DNA of 64,000 nucleotides from contig JBJEHU010000006.1 in the NCBI GenBank assembly GCA_051876355.1, positions 94,742 through 158,741 of the forward strand. Direction: 5' to 3'. A program made the translations under genes and the position numbers. Source of the DNA: Atopobiaceae bacterium (GTDB lineage: Bacteria; Actinomycetota; Coriobacteriia; Coriobacteriales; Atopobiaceae). Under the pieces are notes generated by a model that saw only the letters and a program-made list of their open reading frames with translations, was not told the DNA's origin and ran no database searches. Shown here in pieces: positions 54,940 to 64,000 of the stretch (position 1 is the first letter of the stretch; each line of letters opens with the position of its first letter).

Positions 54940-55644
54940 TCAGCGACGCACGATATAGCCTGCGCCGCGCACAGTCTGGATGAGCGTCGGGTGGGAGGGG
55001 TCCTCCTCGAGCTTCTCGCGCAGGCGCTGGATGTGGACCGTCACCGTCGCGCCGTCGCCCAAGGCTTCCTCGCCCCAGACGCGCTCGTAGAGGGCTTCGC
55101 GGGAAAAGACGGTGCCGCGGTGCTTGAGGAGGAAGACAAGGAGCTCGTATTCCCTGTTGGCAAGCTCGACGAGCTTTCCCTTCACCCGCACCTCATGGCT
55201 CTCCTCGTCGACCGTGACATTGCCGGCAGAAAGGAGATGGCGGGAGGCATTGGACGTGGTGCCTCCCGCATCCTGGCGCGAGCGCTCGGCGGTGGCGAGC
55301 AGCGCCTTCACGCGGGCCACAAGGACAGAAGGGGAGAACGGCTTCACGACGTAGCCATCGGCTCCGAGGCCCAGGCCCCGGATCTGGTCGATATCCTCTG
55401 TACGCGCCGTCACGAGCAGGATCGGCAGGGCAGAGCTCTCCCTGACCTTGCGGCAGACATCGAAGCCGTTCATGCCGGGAAGCATCACATCGAGGATCAT
55501 TGCATCGAAGCCGCCTTCGAGCGCAAGCTTCAGGCCCTGAGGACCCGTGCCGGCAATCTCTGCCTCGAGGCTATTCGCCTCGAGATAGTCGCGTTCGAGC
55601 TCAGCTATGTCTTCGTCGTCTTCGACGATGAGGATGCGTGCCAT
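54940..55644 (-). CDS. OmpR-family response regulator
   Basis: ILIVEDDED, DAMILDVMLPGMNG, KPF and the winged helix RGAGYIV. Confidence 0.9.
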   Translation of the reverse strand: MARILIVEDDEDIAELERDYLEANSLEAEIAGTGPQGLKLALEGGFDAMILDVMLPGMNGFDVCRKVRESSALPILLVTARTEDIDQIRGLGLGADGYVVKPFSPSVLVARVKALLATAERSRQDAGGTTSNASRHLLSAGNVTVDEESHEVRVKGKLVELANREYELLVFLLKHRGTVFSREALYERVWGEEALGDGATVTVHIQRLREKLEEDPSHPTLIQTVRGAGYIVRR

Positions 55645-55653
55645 TGTCTCTCC

Positions 55654-57084
55654 TCAGGCTTTCGGGAATGCGAGTCGTATTGTAAGCCCGCCGCCTGGCG
55701 TCTTGGCAGCCTCGGCGTGCCCTCCCATGCGCTGCATAGCGCGGGCGACGACCGCAAGGCCGAGGCCAGATCCTGTCCCTGGATGCTGGCGTGCGGGATC
55801 GGTGCGGAAGAACACGTCAAAGAGGTGGGGAAGCGTCTCATCAGGGACACCGGGGCCGTTGTCGGCAAGCTCCAAGATGGCAGCATCGGGCTCCGCAGCC
55901 GTGCGGACCGCGAGCGTGCAGCCGGGAGCGTACTTCACGGCATTCCCGACGATGTTCGAGATGCAGCGGAAGAGGAGCTCGCGGTCGAAGCGGCAGGGGA
56001 TGGGGGACATGAGATCCTCTGAGAGCGTGATGCCGTCGGCAGTGCCGCCTTCGCGGATGTCTGCCAGGGCCGAGGCGGCGGCAGCGGAAAGGTCGCCCTC
56101 TTCGATTGTGGCGGGATAGTCGTCGAGGTCGAGCTTCGAGAACAGGAAGAGCTCTGAGACGAGATGGGAGAGCTCCTGCGCCTTCCGGTCGATCGTCTCG
56201 AGATAGCGGCGCTGGCGCTCGGGCGTCGTCGCGACGCCGTCGAGAAGGCCTTCGACGTAGCCCTGGATGGAGGTCAGGGGAGACCTCAGGTCATGGCTGA
56301 TGCCGGCTATGAGCTCCTGGCGCGAGCGCTGCTCGGCTGCCGATCGTTCGTCGGCCTGTGCAAGCGCATCCGCCATCGTGTTGAAGTCACGGCAGATGGG
56401 AGAGAACTCATCCTCGGTATCTTCGGGCAGACGGTATGTGAGGTCTCCCTGCGCGATGCGGGAGACGCCTTCCGAGAGGCTGTCGAGCCGTGCTGTGACA
56501 CGGTCGAGGACAAGATGCTTCGAGACACGGCCGAGAAGCGCAATCGAGGCAGCGGCTGCGGCAATGACAAGAACGAGAGAGATAACGAGGGCACGCTTCA
56601 GGGCGTGTCCTCTGACTTCGGCATAGTGCGCAAAGAGCGCGATATGGTATGCGCCTTCCCGGTGGAGATAGAGGCTTGTCCCGGCCTCTGAGACAAGGAC
56701 GCCGTTCGTGTCGTCGAGCGTCGCAGCCGATGTCATCAGCTCGTCTGCAAGATCTGCTGAGCCGGAAGAATAGACGAGCGTTCCGTCGTCTGCCGTGACC
56801 TCGAGCACGACGCCAGAGCCGGAGAGGCTCTGTGCAAGCTCGTCGAGCGCTGCTGTCGGGTCTCCTCCGGCATCGAGGATGTGCCCTGCCGTCTCCGAGG
56901 TGACCCGTCCAACCGTTGCCATGTCTTCGGCATCTGAAATGCCAAGATCGAGCCCACCTCTCAGCTGGACAAGGAAGATGCCAGCGCAGAGGAGGGCTAC
57001 GACGATGCAGACCGCTAGCGGGACGACGAGCGAGAGTATGTTCGAGAGGCGCAGACGCTGCTGTATGGTCTGGGGCTCGCGCAT
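55654..57084 (-). CDS. Two-component sensor histidine kinase (TM-extracytoplasmic loop-TM-HAMP-HisKA-HATPase_c)
   Basis: H-box IAGISHDLRSPLTSI, N-box NIVGNAVKYA and G-boxes DNGPGV and GSGLGLAVVARAM. Confidence 0.9.
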   Translation of the reverse strand: MREPQTIQQRLRLSNILSLVVPLAVCIVVALLCAGIFLVQLRGGLDLGISDAEDMATVGRVTSETAGHILDAGGDPTAALDELAQSLSGSGVVLEVTADDGTLVYSSGSADLADELMTSAATLDDTNGVLVSEAGTSLYLHREGAYHIALFAHYAEVRGHALKRALVISLVLVIAAAAASIALLGRVSKHLVLDRVTARLDSLSEGVSRIAQGDLTYRLPEDTEDEFSPICRDFNTMADALAQADERSAAEQRSRQELIAGISHDLRSPLTSIQGYVEGLLDGVATTPERQRRYLETIDRKAQELSHLVSELFLFSKLDLDDYPATIEEGDLSAAAASALADIREGGTADGITLSEDLMSPIPCRFDRELLFRCISNIVGNAVKYAPGCTLAVRTAAEPDAAILELADNGPGVPDETLPHLFDVFFRTDPARQHPGTGSGLGLAVVARAMQRMGGHAEAAKTPGGGLTIRLAFPKA

Positions 57085-57119
57085 GGATATGCTCCTTCGG
57101 TGGTGCTGACGCTTCTGGC

Positions 57120-57767
57120 TCAGCGGGCGCTGCTGGGCTGTGCCCCCGCGAAGGCAGGATGCTTGAGCGAGCGGAGCTGCCAGACAATCCAGGCTGCTGC
57201 AAAGCCGACCGGCATGGCTGCAGCAACATCTGTCACATAGTGTACGCCCAGAAGGACGCGCGACAGGGCGACAAGGGCCACTGCTGTGCCGCAGACGATC
57301 CAGGGAAGCGCTCGATGCTCTGGCCTGTGCTCGGCCCAGATGAAGGCAAGCATGAAGAAGGCGCCAGCAGCGAAGGCGGTGTGCCCCGAAGGAAAGCTGA
57401 AGCCGGTGGCTGAAACGAGCGCCGCTGTGGGGCGGGGACGCATGATGAGGAGCTTCAGGATTTCGTCCGTGCCAAGCGAGAGGGCCGTGGCACCGAAGAG
57501 GAGCGCAGCCTCGCGCCTGCTCTTCCAGAAGAGGAAGAGGAACGCCAGGATGATGATGGGCAGAAGCGCATTCGAGATGAAGACTGCGAGCGTGAAGGCA
57601 GGCGTCGCTGCTGCAGCGGCGGAAAGCGCAAGGCCGAACGTGTCGATGCGGGAAAGGCCTGGCTCGGTCGCTTCGAGCGCGGTTGGCACGAAGAGCGCTG
57701 CTGCGGCAAGCGGCACGAGAGCCTTCGTGGCGATGCTTGCTGTCTGGATGGATGCGGTGTGTTTCAT
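57120..57767 (-). CDS. PAP2-superfamily lipid phosphatase (BcrC/PgpB-like)
   Basis: All three PAP2 motifs are present: KLLIMRPRP (KX6RP), PSGH and SRVLLGVHYVTD (SRX5HX3D). ATG 57767 is preceded by AAGGAGG. The track ORF extends to 57842. Confidence 0.85.
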   Translation of the reverse strand: MKHTASIQTASIATKALVPLAAAALFVPTALEATEPGLSRIDTFGLALSAAAAATPAFTLAVFISNALLPIIILAFLFLFWKSRREAALLFGATALSLGTDEILKLLIMRPRPTAALVSATGFSFPSGHTAFAAGAFFMLAFIWAEHRPEHRALPWIVCGTAVALVALSRVLLGVHYVTDVAAAMPVGFAAAWIVWQLRSLKHPAFAGAQPSSAR

Positions 57768-58078
57768 GATGACCTCCTTGATGACAAAGACATCATCGCC
57801 GCTGCATCTCAAGCAGCGCTTGCCGCTACCTAACAGGTTCATAAACTCTTGCGGCAGCTAGAAGGAGACATGATAGATGTAACAATGCTCCGAACGAACG
57901 GCATTCTTCATATCACGAAATTGGCTCAGGATGCTTACGGAACCTTTTCGAGCATTACGAAACGCATATATACGCGTACGAATGCTAATAGAATCGTGAC
58001 GCGATAGCAGAAGGCACCTGATGCTCGTCCGGGACAATCCTTCACGGCATTGAGGGAATGCGTAGAAAGGATTGCTTG

Positions 58079-59113
58079 GTGTCGAGCATCGAGTTGCGTC
58101 ACGTGAAGAAATCCTACGACGGAAAGCCTCCTGTCATCCCCGATCTCTCGCTCGAGATTCCCGATGGCAGCTTCACGGTCCTCGTAGGTCCATCCGGCTG
58201 CGGAAAGTCGACGACCCTGCGCATGATTGCAGGGCTCGAAGACGTCACGGCAGGCGATATCCTGATCGATGGCAAACGTGTGAACGAGGTCAGCCCCTCC
58301 GAACGCGATATAGCTATGGTGTTCCAGAACTATGCGCTCTATCCGACGATGAGCGTGAAGGAGAACATCGAGTTCGGTCTCATCAACATGAAGGTACCTG
58401 CAGCCGAGCGCAAGCGCCGCATCGACGAGATCTCGCATATCGTAGGCCTTGAGGGATATCTCGGCAGGAAGCCCTCCCAGCTCTCCGGCGGGCAGCGCCA
58501 GCGTGTCGCGCTCGCACGTGCAATGGTGAAGAAGCCGAAGGTCTTCCTCATGGATGAGCCGCTCTCGAATCTCGACGCGAAGCTCCGCACGCAGATGAGG
58601 ACCGAGCTCATCGCCCTCCACCAGAGGCTCGGGACGACCTTCGTCTACGTCACGCATGACCAGACAGAAGCGATGTCGATGGCAACGAAGATCGTCCTCA
58701 TGAGGGACGGCGTCGTCCAGCAGGATGCCTCGCCCGAAGAGATCTATGCGCATCCGAAAAACCGTTTCACGGCCCAGTTCATAGGCACTCCCGCCATGAA
58801 CATCTTCCCGACAGAAGGGCTGGCGCTTCCCGATCCGCCTGCTGGCGCTGCCTTCGTCGGCTTCAGGCCATCCCGTGCCCTCCTGGCTGCGGATGGCGGA
58901 CAAGATGGCGGCTCCTTCACGTTCGGTGCGAAGGTCCAGATCCATGAGGTGATGGGATCGGAGATCATCTACCAGGCAGAGGCTCCGTTCGGCATGGTCT
59001 CCTTCAAGACCTTCAACCAGCCGCTCGTCGAGGTGGGAACGCCTGTGACGCTTTCGGTGGACCGGGCTTCCCTTCACTTCTTCGATGCCCAGGAGAGAAG
59101 GGTGGCTGTCTGA
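58079..59113 (+). CDS. ABC importer ATP-binding protein (MalK/UgpC/MsmK type)
   Basis: [48 protein letters not shown] and a C-terminal regulatory domain. The start is GTG 58079 (AAAGGA RBS) or ATG 58058 from the track. Confidence 0.9.
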   Translation: MSSIELRHVKKSYDGKPPVIPDLSLEIPDGSFTVLVGPSGCGKSTTLRMIAGLEDVTAGDILIDGKRVNEVSPSERDIAMVFQNYALYPTMSVKENIEFGLINMKVPAAERKRRIDEISHIVGLEGYLGRKPSQLSGGQRQRVALARAMVKKPKVFLMDEPLSNLDAKLRTQMRTELIALHQRLGTTFVYVTHDQTEAMSMATKIVLMRDGVVQQDASPEEIYAHPKNRFTAQFIGTPAMNIFPTEGLALPDPPAGAAFVGFRPSRALLAADGGQDGGSFTFGAKVQIHEVMGSEIIYQAEAPFGMVSFKTFNQPLVEVGTPVTLSVDRASLHFFDAQERRVAV

Positions 59114-60045
59114 TGGAAGCGAGCACTGCCCTTGCTGGCACGAGGAGCTCAGCAGATGCCAAGGCAGGCGCCAAGCGCGTGTTCGAGAAGATGCGCCCCT
59201 ATATCCTCATCGGTCCTTCCGTGATTGTGCTTGTCGTGTTCTGGATCGTCCCGATCTTCCAGATGGGAGGGCTTTCCCTTTTCGACTGGAACCTCGTGAA
59301 TCCCGAAAGGACGTTCGTCGGCCTCCAGAACTTCGTCGACCTTCTGCATGATACGCAGTTCCACCAGACGCTTGCGAACACGCTCATCTACATGGTCTTC
59401 ACGGTCGGCCTTTCCGTCTCTCTCGGCATGCTCGTGGCTCTCCATCTCAAGGCTGCGACAAGGAGGAACCGGTTCCTGCAGGCCGTCGTGTTCTCGCCCT
59501 ATGTGATATCGCTCGCCTCGGTCTCGCTCCTGTGGCTCTGGATCATGAACAAGGACTACGGCCTCCTGAACGAGATCCTGGCTGTCTTCGGCGTGAATCC
59601 GATCGACTGGCTCGGAGATCCGCACTACGCGCTGGGCTCGCTCATCGCAATCTCGGTCTGGAAGTCTGTGGGCTACGATGCCCTGATCCTCACATCGGCC
59701 CTGCAGTCGGTCCCTCAGGACCTCTATGAGGCAGCAGAGCTCGACCATGCAAAGCCGTGGGCGACCTTCAGGAAGATCACGCTGCCCATGGTGTCGCCGA
59801 CACTCTTCTTCCTCGTGATCGTCGAGGTCATCGCATCTCTCAAGGTCTTCGAGACCATCCAGATCATGACGCAGGGAGGGCCGCAGAATGCGACGAACAC
59901 GCTCGTGTTCTCGCTCTACCAGTATGCGTTCCAGTTCTACAAGGTCGGCTATGCAGCAGCTATCGGCATGGTCCTTCTGGTCCTCATCGCCGTCTTTGCC
60001 TTCTTCTACTTCAAGCTGCTCGAGAAGCGCGTCCACTATCGTTAG
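59113..60045 (+). CDS. ABC importer permease (CUT1, MalF/UgpA-like)
   Basis: 6-TM product with the EAA loop YEAAELDHAKPWATFRKITLP. ATGA overlap with the ATPase gene. Confidence 0.9.
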   Translation: MEASTALAGTRSSADAKAGAKRVFEKMRPYILIGPSVIVLVVFWIVPIFQMGGLSLFDWNLVNPERTFVGLQNFVDLLHDTQFHQTLANTLIYMVFTVGLSVSLGMLVALHLKAATRRNRFLQAVVFSPYVISLASVSLLWLWIMNKDYGLLNEILAVFGVNPIDWLGDPHYALGSLIAISVWKSVGYDALILTSALQSVPQDLYEAAELDHAKPWATFRKITLPMVSPTLFFLVIVEVIASLKVFETIQIMTQGGPQNATNTLVFSLYQYAFQFYKVGYAAAIGMVLLVLIAVFAFFYFKLLEKRVHYR

Positions 60046-60052
60046 GAGCCTC

Positions 60053-60904
60053 ATGCAAGCACAGCTATCCGGGCACAGACTGGCCCGGCACCTTCCCCAA
60101 AAGGCAGGAAGGCTCGTCGTCGATATCATCCTTGTCCTGGTATTCTTCTTCCCGTTCTTCTGGATGGTCACATCCTCGCTCAAGACGCTCGGCGAGACGA
60201 TGCAGTTCCCGCCATCGCTCTTCCCGGCTGTGCCCCAGTGGCACAACTACCTCGATGCGATGAAGTCGGGTCCCTTCGGCACCTATCTCATGAACTCCAT
60301 CATCGTCACGGTCACGGTCCTCATCTGCCAGACGATCACGGTCATTCCTGCAGCCTATGCATTCTCGCAGTACAAGTTCCGCGGCAAGAAGGCGCTCTTC
60401 GGCATGACCCTGATCACGATGATGGTGCCGGTGCAGCTCATCTTCCTGCCGATATTCATCATGTTCGCGCAGTGGCACATGATTAATACGTATGCCTCGC
60501 TCGTGCTGCCGTTTGCGACCTCTGCCTTCAACATCTTCATGCTCCGTCAGACCTTCAACCGCATGCCGCCCGAGCTCATCGAGGCGGCGAAGCTCGACCA
60601 TGCAAGCGAGTTTACGATCGTGAGGAAGCTGTTCCTTCCCATGGCAAAGCCTACGCTCGTGACGTTGGGGCTGCTGACCTTCATTGGCACCTGGAACGAC
60701 TACTTCTGGCCGCTCGTGCTCACGACGAAGGACATAGCACGCACGCTTCCGGTCGGTGTCGCTGCGCTCAGGGCTTCTGAGTCTGGCGTCAACTTCCAGG
60801 TCCTCATGGCCGCCAATGTCGTCCTCACGGCCCCGATCATGATCGTCTATCTCTTTGCGAACAAGCATATCGTGAAGGCATTCTCGTACCTGGGCGACAA
60901 GTAG
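60053..60904 (+). CDS. ABC importer permease (CUT1, MalG/UgpE-like)
   Basis: EAA loop IEAAKLDHASEFTIVRKLFLP. The start was moved from 59888 to ATG 60053 (AGGAG RBS). Confidence 0.9.
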   Translation: MQAQLSGHRLARHLPQKAGRLVVDIILVLVFFFPFFWMVTSSLKTLGETMQFPPSLFPAVPQWHNYLDAMKSGPFGTYLMNSIIVTVTVLICQTITVIPAAYAFSQYKFRGKKALFGMTLITMMVPVQLIFLPIFIMFAQWHMINTYASLVLPFATSAFNIFMLRQTFNRMPPELIEAAKLDHASEFTIVRKLFLPMAKPTLVTLGLLTFIGTWNDYFWPLVLTTKDIARTLPVGVAALRASESGVNFQVLMAANVVLTAPIMIVYLFANKHIVKAFSYLGDK

Positions 60905-61009
60905 CCCGAACACCCACAACACAGTCCATGAAATAGAGAGGCATGCCTGCCCCTCTGGCGGACTGTGCCGCGATACAGAAAGCATTTCATCGTCAGAAAG
61001 GAAATTCCT

Positions 61010-62338
61010 ATGAACGATCTCACCCGCCGCCAGTTCCTCCGTTTCGGTGCAGGACTCGGTGCCGCTGCCTCGGCTGCTGGCCTTGCTGCCTGCCAGGGCG
61101 ATGGCGCCGGCACGACGGCATCTGCCGAGACGTCTTCTGATGGCACGATCGAGCTCACGTATTGGTACTGCTGGACCGACAAGATCAAGGAGAACAACGA
61201 GGAGCGCATCCAGGAGTTCAATGATTCTGTCGGCAAGGAGAAGGGCATCCATGTGACGGCAGAGTCGCAGGGCTCCTACGACGACCTGAACTCGAAGCTC
61301 AAGAGCGCCTTCGTTGCCGGAGAGGCTCCCGATGTCTGCGTCATGGTCATCAACTCCACGAAGGTCTTTGCAGACGGCGGCATGATCCAGCCGATCGACG
61401 ACTATGTGGACTCCTCCGATGTGGATGACTTCTGGGATGGCCTCATGGACAACTGCAAGGTGGACGGCAAGCTCTACGGTGTGCCGTACCTGAGGTCCAC
61501 GCCTGTCCTCTACTACAACAAGACGCTGTTCGAGAAGGCAGGACTTGATTCCTCGAAGGCGCCTGAGACCTGGAACGATATGGTCACGGCATCCGATGCG
61601 CTCGCGAAGATCGGTGTCAAGGGCTACGGCTTCTACTCATATAACTGGGCGCTCGAGGCCTTTGCCTTCTGCAACGGCGGCACGCTCTGGGGCGATGGCA
61701 TCGAAGGCACGGATGCGACGTTTGCCGAACAGCCTGCCAAGGAGATGGTCAAGTGGTTCCAGGACTCCTGCGCAAACCACAACTTCTCGTTCGTTGCTGG
61801 CAGCAATGCTTCCGATACGCTCGACTCCAATGCCGCAAACCAGCAGGTCGGCATGTGGGTCTCCTCGACGGCAGATCTCACGCATGCACGGAGCCTTGCC
61901 GAGCAGGGCGGCTACGAGGTGAGCGTCGGCTTCATTCCGAAGAACGTCCAGAACAAGGTGCCGACAGGCGGCTGCAACCTTGTCATGTGCGGCAATATCG
62001 ATGGGGCGCGCAGGGAGGCCGCAGCCGAGCTCATCAACTTCATGACAAGCGAGGATGCTGCTGTCAAGAACCACCTCAAGACCGGCTATCTCCTGACGAG
62101 GAAGTCCGCTGCTGACGATGACAGGATCAAGCAGGCCTACCAGGAGATTCCTGAGTATCAGGTCGCGCTCGACCAGCTCCAGTATGCTGTGGGCGACTGC
62201 ATGAACTCTGGCTTCGACGAGGCTTCGAAGATCTACACCGATACGGTCGAGGCTGTCATGAACACGACGGACGATCCGACCGATGCCCTCGAGAGCGCTG
62301 CCGAGCAGGCGACTGCCATCCTCCAGAAGAACGCCTAA
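61010..62338 (+). CDS. ABC importer extracellular solute-binding lipoprotein (family 1) with a Tat-type signal
   Basis: N-terminus MNDLTRRQFLRFGAG...GLAAC contains a twin-arginine motif plus a lipobox Cys. The start was moved from 60965 to ATG 61010. Confidence 0.9.
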   Translation: MNDLTRRQFLRFGAGLGAAASAAGLAACQGDGAGTTASAETSSDGTIELTYWYCWTDKIKENNEERIQEFNDSVGKEKGIHVTAESQGSYDDLNSKLKSAFVAGEAPDVCVMVINSTKVFADGGMIQPIDDYVDSSDVDDFWDGLMDNCKVDGKLYGVPYLRSTPVLYYNKTLFEKAGLDSSKAPETWNDMVTASDALAKIGVKGYGFYSYNWALEAFAFCNGGTLWGDGIEGTDATFAEQPAKEMVKWFQDSCANHNFSFVAGSNASDTLDSNAANQQVGMWVSSTADLTHARSLAEQGGYEVSVGFIPKNVQNKVPTGGCNLVMCGNIDGARREAAAELINFMTSEDAAVKNHLKTGYLLTRKSAADDDRIKQAYQEIPEYQVALDQLQYAVGDCMNSGFDEASKIYTDTVEAVMNTTDDPTDALESAAEQATAILQKNA

Positions 62339-62351
62339 GGAGTGCCAGAGA

Positions 62352-63611
62352 ATGCATAAGCTCTTGGTCATGTGCGTCGATGCGCTCTTCACGACCGACC
62401 TTCCCGATACGCGTCATCTTCCCGGCTTCTCCCGCCTCATGGAGCATGCTGCCATCTTCGAGCATGTGGAGTCGGTCTATCCGACGCTCACCTATGTCTG
62501 CCACGCCTCGATCGGCTCCGGCTTCTGGCCTGAGCATACGGGCGTGCCCCACAACCAGAAGCTCGATCCCTCTTCGAGGAACGAGGAATGGTATTGGGAC
62601 TACTCTGCCATCAGGGTTCCGACGATCTTCGACTGGGCAAACAGGCAGGGACTCACGACAGCCTCTCTTGGCTGGCCGGTGAGCAAGGGCGCTCCTGTGA
62701 CGTATGGCATTCCCGAGGTCTGGGAGTGGAGCCAGCGCCCGACGCCGGAAGATGCATTCCGCGATGGCTGCAATGAAGCGGGCTGGGAATATGTCAAGCG
62801 CCATCTTGCCTGCTATGACACGTCCGATATGCATCCGACCTACGACGAGTTCGAAGTGCGCTGCCTCGAGGACCTGATCCGCGAGAAAGCACCTGATGTG
62901 ATCTTGGACCACCAGGCCCAGCTCGACCATGTCCGTCACGTGAAGGGCGTCCACGCACCAGAGGTGCAGGAGGCGCTTCGTCTGCACGACGGATGGCTGC
63001 AGCGCATCTTTGCAGCATATGAGGATGCAGGCGTTCTGGACGATACCGTAATCGTGGTACTCGGCGACCATGGTCAGCTCGAAGTGGACTTCAAGCTTTC
63101 GGCGAATGTGCTGCTTGCGAAGGCAGGGCTTCTCGAGACGGACGAGCAGGGAGAGGTGAGCTCCTGGCGCGCCTATGTGCAGTCGGGCGGCATCTCGGCT
63201 GAGCTCTTCGTGAAGGATGAGCAGTATGTGAAGCCTGCTCTCGACGCGCTCAAGCCCCTCTTCGATCAGGGATATGTGACGGATGCCTTCACGAACGAGG
63301 AAGCGCGGCAGAAGTTCCATACGGCAGGCAGCTTCTCCTATGTCTTCGAGGCGGCGCCGAACTATGCTTTCGGCGACGATGCGACAGGAGCGCTTGTGAC
63401 ACCAGCTGGCGGCGAGGACTACAAGTACAGCCTCGCGACGCACGGACATCTGCCGTTCCGTGGCGAGAAGCCCTGCTGCATCATGATGGGGCCAGGCGTC
63501 GTGCCAGGACGCTACCAGGGGCTTCGCCTCATCGACGAGGCGCCTACTGCCATGAAGCTTGCCGGCATCCCCTACGACGAGGACATGCTTGACGGCAAGA
63601 GCTTCTTCTGA
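62352..63611 (+). CDS. Alkaline-phosphatase superfamily protein, nucleotide pyrophosphatase/phosphodiesterase (NPP, PF01663-like) type, cytoplasmic
   Basis: LVMCVDAL (metal Asp), YPTLTYVCHASIGSG (nucleophile Thr plus the His/Ser pattern of PTxTxxxHxSxxxG) and LGDHGQ. No signal peptide. AAGGAG RBS. Confidence 0.75.
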   Translation: MHKLLVMCVDALFTTDLPDTRHLPGFSRLMEHAAIFEHVESVYPTLTYVCHASIGSGFWPEHTGVPHNQKLDPSSRNEEWYWDYSAIRVPTIFDWANRQGLTTASLGWPVSKGAPVTYGIPEVWEWSQRPTPEDAFRDGCNEAGWEYVKRHLACYDTSDMHPTYDEFEVRCLEDLIREKAPDVILDHQAQLDHVRHVKGVHAPEVQEALRLHDGWLQRIFAAYEDAGVLDDTVIVVLGDHGQLEVDFKLSANVLLAKAGLLETDEQGEVSSWRAYVQSGGISAELFVKDEQYVKPALDALKPLFDQGYVTDAFTNEEARQKFHTAGSFSYVFEAAPNYAFGDDATGALVTPAGGEDYKYSLATHGHLPFRGEKPCCIMMGPGVVPGRYQGLRLIDEAPTAMKLAGIPYDEDMLDGKSFF

Positions 63612-63633
63612 GAGAGGCAGACAGAGAGCTTCA

Positions 63634-63667
63634 AAGAGGAGACGGATTCAATCCGGCTCCTCTTTTC
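63634..63667 (+). terminator. Probable terminator after the phosphodiesterase gene
   Basis: AAGAGGAGACGG / CCGGCTCCTCTT stem (one mismatch), 7-nt loop, running into TTTT. Confidence 0.5.
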
Positions 63668-63779
63668 ATCTGGAGTCTCTCTGCCCTCTGGGACGTGCCA
63701 GCGCGATTCCTAGAAAACATATCCCTGTGCCCGCTATGATGGAGACGCAACCAGCATGCTTTCAGGAGGGGAGAAAAGC

Positions 63780-64000
63780 ATGGCAGCACGCCATATGAGG
63801 CAGCAGGATCCAGCGGGAGACGCTTATGAACCCCGGCATACCCGAGACGAGGAAGCGGAAGGCTATGTCGAGCGCAGACACCAGAAAGAACGCCGCAGGA
63901 GAAGGCATATCTTCTTCTTCGCGCTTGCCTGCGTCATCGCAGCGATCTGTGTCGTGGCAGCAGGGCATGAGCTTCTGAAAAGCAAGACGGGCCAGAGCGT
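63780..64000 (+). CDS. Hypothetical membrane-anchored protein, N-terminal part (continues past the right window edge)
   Basis: Absent from the track because there is no stop in the window. AGGAGGGG RBS, then ATG 63780. Product MAARHMRQQDPAGDAYEPRH...RRRRHIFFFALACVIAAICVVAAG is a basic cytoplasmic head followed by one TM. Third codon positions are GC-rich. Confidence 0.45.
   Translation, partial: MAARHMRQQDPAGDAYEPRHTRDEEAEGYVERRHQKERRRRRHIFFFALACVIAAICVVAAGHELLKSKTGQS

Noticed and set aside
57843-58078. Relatively AT-rich 236-nt divergent intergenic region, examined for IS ends, repeats or a small gene.
   Set aside because: Only imperfect short inverted repeats and promoter-like hexamers are present, with no terminal inverted repeats or coding signal. 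It is most simply a shared divergent promoter region.
1-64000. Scan for CRISPR arrays, rRNA, transposases, toxin-antitoxin pairs and known defence-system genes.
   Set aside because: I saw no direct-repeat/spacer periodicity and no transposase, integrase (other than Xer), nuclease-helicase or abortive-infection-type ORFs. The window is essentially housekeeping.

Overview
High-GC, very gene-dense, mostly plus-strand chromosomal core region. I call 63 protein genes (2 of them partial at the window edges) and 3 tRNAs. I saw no rRNA, IS element, prophage or CRISPR array. The content is mainly housekeeping. It includes rpsP-KH-rimM-trmD, lepB, glyQS, ppdK, and rplS-rnhB-yraN-dprA-trmFO-xerC. It also includes rpsB-tsf-pyrH-frr-uppS-cdsA-dxr-rseP-ispG-proS and a tRNA-Ala/Val/Met cluster. 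Further along are scpAB-rluB, cmk~plsC-ispH-der-plsY-gpsA, rpe, a cysteine desulfurase and coaBC. The window also holds two ABC-F ATPases, a heterodimeric ABC exporter and a GlpA-like/NOX-like/DUF1667 trio. The remaining genes are two two-component systems, a CUT1-type ABC importer and an AlkP/NPP-fold phosphodiesterase. The Firmicutes-like gene order in a high-GC genome with PPDK and TrmFO suggests an anaerobic Gram-positive such as Coriobacteriia; this is inference only and was not checked by any search. All product calls rest on motifs I recognise in the supplied translations, on gene order, and on manual start refinement using RBS and N-terminal homology. No BLAST or HMM searches were run. 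I found no self-evident novel defence or mobile system. The most system-like oddities are: (1) dinB abutted to a two-component operon; (2) a PAP2-kinase-regulator-DedA operon that may control lipid-carrier recycling; (3) an N-terminal-only PPDK regulatory protein followed by an AT-rich palindromic spacer; (4) an in-frame cmk-plsC fusion; (5) a large insertion in the RseP-type protease; (6) an ABC importer coupled to a cytoplasmic phosphodiesterase. Many long ORFs in the track are antisense or over-extended artefacts of the high GC content and were rejected.
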